A stretch of 64,000 nucleotides of DNA, from assembly GCA_038087875.1 (NCBI GenBank), contig JAXLNO010000502.1, forward strand, positions 1-64,000. The letters are read 5' to 3'. This DNA comes from Malacoraja senta. Lineage: Eukaryota. Of the stretch, positions 59,841 to 64,000 are shown piece after piece (the stretch's first letter is position 1; each line of letters starts with the position of its first letter). Both the position numbers and the translations under genes were made by a program. The notes under the pieces were generated by a model that saw only the letters and a list, made by a program, of their open reading frames with translations, was not told the origin of the DNA and searched no databases.

Positions 59841-61008
59841 CTTTTACCCAGGGTGGAAATGTCACATATTGGACGGCATAGATTTAAAATAAGGAGGGAA
59901 ACGTTTACAGAATTGTGAGGCATGTTTATTTCCACAGAGAGTGGTGGGTGCTGCCAGGGCAGGTGGTGGAAGCAGGTACCACTGTCATATTTGGACATGA
60001 CGAACAGGCATATGATCAAGGGATAGACCATGTGCAAGTAGATGGGATTAGTTTCAATCAGCATCCTGATCGGCAAGGACATTGTGGGCTGAAGGGCCTG
60101 TTGTGCTGCCTGTTCTACCTTCTAAGGAATCTGTTAATGCAGCACCCCTTCCAGAAACATTTGTGTATTTCACTGAGTTTTGGAGGAGGCCAATCAATTA
60201 TTTTTATATTTTTATTATTTTGTTTCCTCCTGTCATCGAGAAGGTTAACCAAGAGAATTGGATTCATCCCCGGTTTCTTCCAAAGCTGCTCTGTGACATC
60301 CAAGAATACTTATCTCCCAGTAGTAACTTCTGCTGCACCACCTTATGTTCTATCTCAGTATCAATCACAAAAGGACAAGCATCATGAAATGCACAATTAT
60401 AAAGTGGAAATGAAGATTTAATCATATAGACCCTACCCTAATCCTAACCATAACCAAGTATGGTCACGATGAACATAATGGCCACCATCTGTGTTGTCAT
60501 AATTTAAAACATCAAAATAAAAACTCCAGACACTGGAATTCCAAAATAAAAACAAGAAATACTGAAAAATATCAGCCAGCCAGGCTTCATTTGTGGAAAG
60601 AGAAACACAGTTAACATCTCCTGGTTTGAAACAGTCTGTTTCCATTCTTTCAATCAATCAATTAACTTCAGGTTAAAGACCTTTCGTAGAACTGGGAATG
60701 AAACAGTGTGTAAAGTTACAGGGAGGCTGAGGAAGGGGTTTCTGATTTTCTTTTAATGATTTCATGAATTTGGAATTGACAGAATTTGCCAGATAAATGC
60801 CAGAATTTAAGGAGCAATTCACAATGTAAACATGAATAAGTAGTCAGATCCCCATCCAACCCCAAATCAAGGCACTTTCATTGTACTTTTAAAAAGAACA
60901 CAGTGAGAGCTTAATGACTAAAATTTCAGATGCCCCAATAGTGTGAACCATCACAAAAGGACAAGTAGCAGGAACTATTGACAGTCATTTCTCCAATGTT
61001 CAACTCAC

Positions 61009-61269
61009 CATCAATAATTAAGTTGTATTCTTGTTCTGCAATGCTGCCATGATCTCTTGTGACGCACCTATAAACTCCACAATCATCAAAAACAGCATCA
61101 GGGATAAAGATGGTGGTATTGTCCTTGGATAGTTTATAAATAGTCACTGCACTGACATTCTCTTTGAACCATTCATAGCTGGTAACATGCACTGTAGATA
61201 TGCATTTAAGTTCGATCGTTGAATGAGCATGGGTGTTATTGGCTGTTATTATAATTTTAGACAACACGG
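61009..61269 (-). CDS. Ig + 5-TM receptor-like gene, membrane-proximal Ig domain exon (C2/I-type, CEACAM-like)
   Basis: IELKC...YEWFK...LSKDNTTIFI...DDCGVYRC...YNLIID; acceptor tttttgttgttttAG|, donor ATG|GTGAGT; 261 nt, phase 1/1; three N-glycosylation sequons (NNT, NVS, NTT). Upstream exons not found in the window. Confidence 0.92.
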
Positions 61270-61599
61270 CTAAAACAACAAAAATAAATGTTAATCCAAA
61301 AATGTATTTCTAACATATATTTATTTCACAGCTGTTTTCACTTACTCTCTATGATGAGTTCCAATCCCACCTTTTTATCACATTTTCCCCCGACTCACAT
61401 AAATTTGTAACTTCAGTTCTTCCCAGCAACTAAAAACTGTCTATTTCCACATTTTGCTAATTCCCTAAATCACATTCGCTTCACATACAGCAGAATTCAG
61501 TAGAAAATTGCTCTTTTTCTTTAACAATAGGTTGTTTATTCCTAACTTTGCTGGTACTGATGCAAAATCATCAACAGGAACATTAAGTCTTCTCTCTTA

Positions 61600-62225
61600 T
61601 AAGATCATAAGCAATAGGAGCAGATTTAGGCCATTTGGCCCATCAAGTCTACTCCGCCGTTCAATCATGGCTGATCTACCTCTCCCTCCTCACCCCATTC
61701 TCCTGCCTTCTCCCCATAACCTCTGATACCCGTACTAATCAAGAATCAACCCATCTCTGCCTTAGAATTATCCATTGACTTGGCCTCCACAGCCTTCTGT
61801 GGCAAAGAATTCCACAGATTCACCACACTGAATAAAGAAATTCCACCTCATCTCCTTCCTAAAATGACGCCCTTTAATTCTGAGGCTGTGACCTCTGGTC
61901 CTAGACTCTCCCACTGGTGAAAACATCCTCTCCACTATCCAAGCCTTTCACTATTCTGTACGTTTCAATGCGGTCCTCCCTCATTCTTCTAAACTCCAGC
62001 GAGTACAGGCCCAGTGCCGACAAATGCTCATCATATGTTAAACCACTCATTCCTGCGATCATTCTTGTAAACCTCCTCTGGACCCTCTCCAGAGTCAGCA
62101 TATCCTTCCTCAGATATGGTGCCCAAAACTTAAAGATTTGAAGGTCAGTTTATTGTCACGTACCAATTAAGGAACAATACTCCAAATGTGGCCTGACCAG
62201 CGCCATATAGAGCCCCAGCAATACA
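61600..62225 (-). mobile_element. CR1-type LINE 3' fragment
   Basis: LERVQRRFTRMIAGMSGLTY...LGLYSLEFRR (61901..62101). Confidence 0.8.
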
Positions 62226-63244
62226 TCTGTGTGCCTCAAAAAGGCTGCCAGCCATCAGACTATTAAACACAACTTCAAACAAACTCTAACAGCCTATTGC
62301 ACTTTATCTGTTTATTTATGTGTGTGTATATATATTCTATGGTATATGGACACACTGATCTGATCTGTATTTATGCCTACAATATTCTGTTGTGCTGCAG
62401 CAAGCAAGAATTTCATTGTCCTATCTGGGACACATGACAATAAACACTCTTGACTCTTGTATTCTAGCCCTCTTGAAATAAAAGTTATATATAAATGACG
62501 GATGAGAATTGGAAGGGGTATATTGTCATTTGATACAGATAGTGATACAGATAACTTGCAAGTTAAAACCGTAGTAAGTCGGGCAAATGCTATGTTAGAT
62601 AGATACAAAAAGCTGGAGTAAGTCAGCGGGACAGGCAGCATCTCTGGAGAGAAGGAGTGGGCGAAGTTTCGGGTTGAGATCCTTCTTCAGACTTTTCTCA
62701 ACCCAAGCATCTGCAGTTCCTTCCTACACAAATGCCACATTAGCATTTAGATTTGATAAAGGAGCTTGAGGTTAAGGAGTCATTAGGAGGTAGTGACCAT
62801 AATATGATAATAATAATAATAATAATAATTATAATAATAATAATAATAAACTTTATTTTGGACACAAGGTCCAGACAACGGACAACATTACATAATAATG
62901 CATTGCATATTAAAAACATCATAAAGTACATATGGTCAAGTTTTATCTACAATTGGAGAGGGAGAAATGTAAATCGGAGGTGTCGGTGTTGCAGTTGAAT
63001 AAAGGGGACTATGGAGCCATGAAGGAGGAGCTGGCCAAAGTTGACTGGAAAGATACCCTAGCAGGGATGACAGTGGAACAACAATGGTTATTTCTGGGAA
63101 TAACACAGAAGGTGCAGGATCAGTTCATTCCAAAGAGGAAGAAAGATTCCAAGGGGAGTAAGGGGCGACCGTGGCTGACAAGGGACGTCAGGGACAGTAT
63201 AAAAATAAAAGAGAAGTACAACGTAGCAATGATGAGCGGGAAAG

Positions 63245-63860
63245 TCAACTTTATTTGTCACAAACACAAACAAAATGCGCAGTAAAACAAAAGTGGCAAT
63301 GCCTGCGGATTGTGCAAAAACAGCAGAACAACAGAACAGAACCAGTATTTACATTTTAGAAAAAGTAAAATAAAAAAAGACACAACACAACAGTAAATTA
63401 GTCCCTGATGAGATAAGTATTTACAGTCCTGATAGCCCGTGGGAAGAAACTCCGTCTCATCCTCTCCGTTTTCACAGCGTGACAGCGGAGGCGCTTGCCT
63501 GACCGTAGCAGCTGGAACAGTCCGTTGCTGGGGTGGTAAGGGTCCCTCACTATGTAGCTGGCTCTGGATCTGCACCTCCTGGTCCTGCAGGGGGATGAGT
63601 GTAGTTCCATCGTGAGTTCGGCCGAACGCACTACTTTCTACAGAGCCTTCCTGCCCTGGGTAGATTGAGATGTTGCCGGACAAGATGCTTTCGATAGCCC
63701 CAGAGTAGAAGCACTGAAGGATCCTCAGAGGCTCTGAATTTCCTCAGCTGCCTGAGGTGGTAAAGGCGCTGCCTTGCCTTACTCACCAGTGCGGCAGTGT
63801 GTATTGTCCATGTCAGATCCTCTGTGATGTGGACTCCCAGGTATTTAAAGTTGCTCAACC
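63245..63860 (-). mobile_element. Rex1/Babar-like 3' fragment
   Basis: FKYLGVHITEDLTW...KARQRLYHLRQL; ...RRSFFPRAIR. Confidence 0.8.
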
Positions 63861-64000
63861 CTATCCGCAGTCATCTTTGGCATTAATTCCAGCAACATCA
63901 ACCGACTCCAACTGGTCCAGAATGCAGCTGCCCGACTCATCACCCACACCAAATCCTGGCACCACATCACCCCAGTTCTCAAAGAACTTCACTGGCTTCC

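Noticed and set aside
60115..60657. Short ORFs downstream of the Ig exon as candidate TM or tail exons
   Set aside because: No consistent splice sites; part is a decayed SINE/Penelope-terminus remnant.
62740..62998. Poly-isoleucine ORFs resembling a TM helix
   Set aside because: (ATA)n microsatellite tail of a short insertion inside a CR1 fragment.

Overview
Vertebrate genomic DNA, most likely a cartilaginous fish (skate/ray; inferred from the CR1, Penelope, Rex1/Babar and L2 repeat families). A 200-N assembly gap at 24983-25182 splits it into a GC-rich, minisatellite-rich left part and a more AT-rich, LINE-rich right part. Three spliced host genes were reconstructed by hand; the ORF track shows only fragments of them. 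(1) A complete 7-coding-exon, 337-aa WD40 beta-propeller gene on the minus strand (13587->3817), with a CpG-rich promoter carrying CCAAT boxes and an RFX X-box-like site. (2) The first coding exon of a DAXX-like gene on the plus strand (24613-24977), with a 1-nt frameshift and cut off by the gap. (3) The 3' part of a minus-strand gene (61269->26758) encoding a C2/I-type Ig domain, five transmembrane helices each on its own phase-1 exon, and an acidic tail. This CD47-like architecture on a CEACAM-like ectodomain is the most interesting object in the window. The rest is transposon-derived. It includes a CR1 with intact ORF2, an 11.5-kb nested and tandemly triplicated (3387-bp period) CR1/Penelope composite inserted inside a splice donor, Penelope termini with minimal hammerhead-ribozyme cores, several MITEs and many intronic minisatellites. 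All names come from manual recognition, not database searches.
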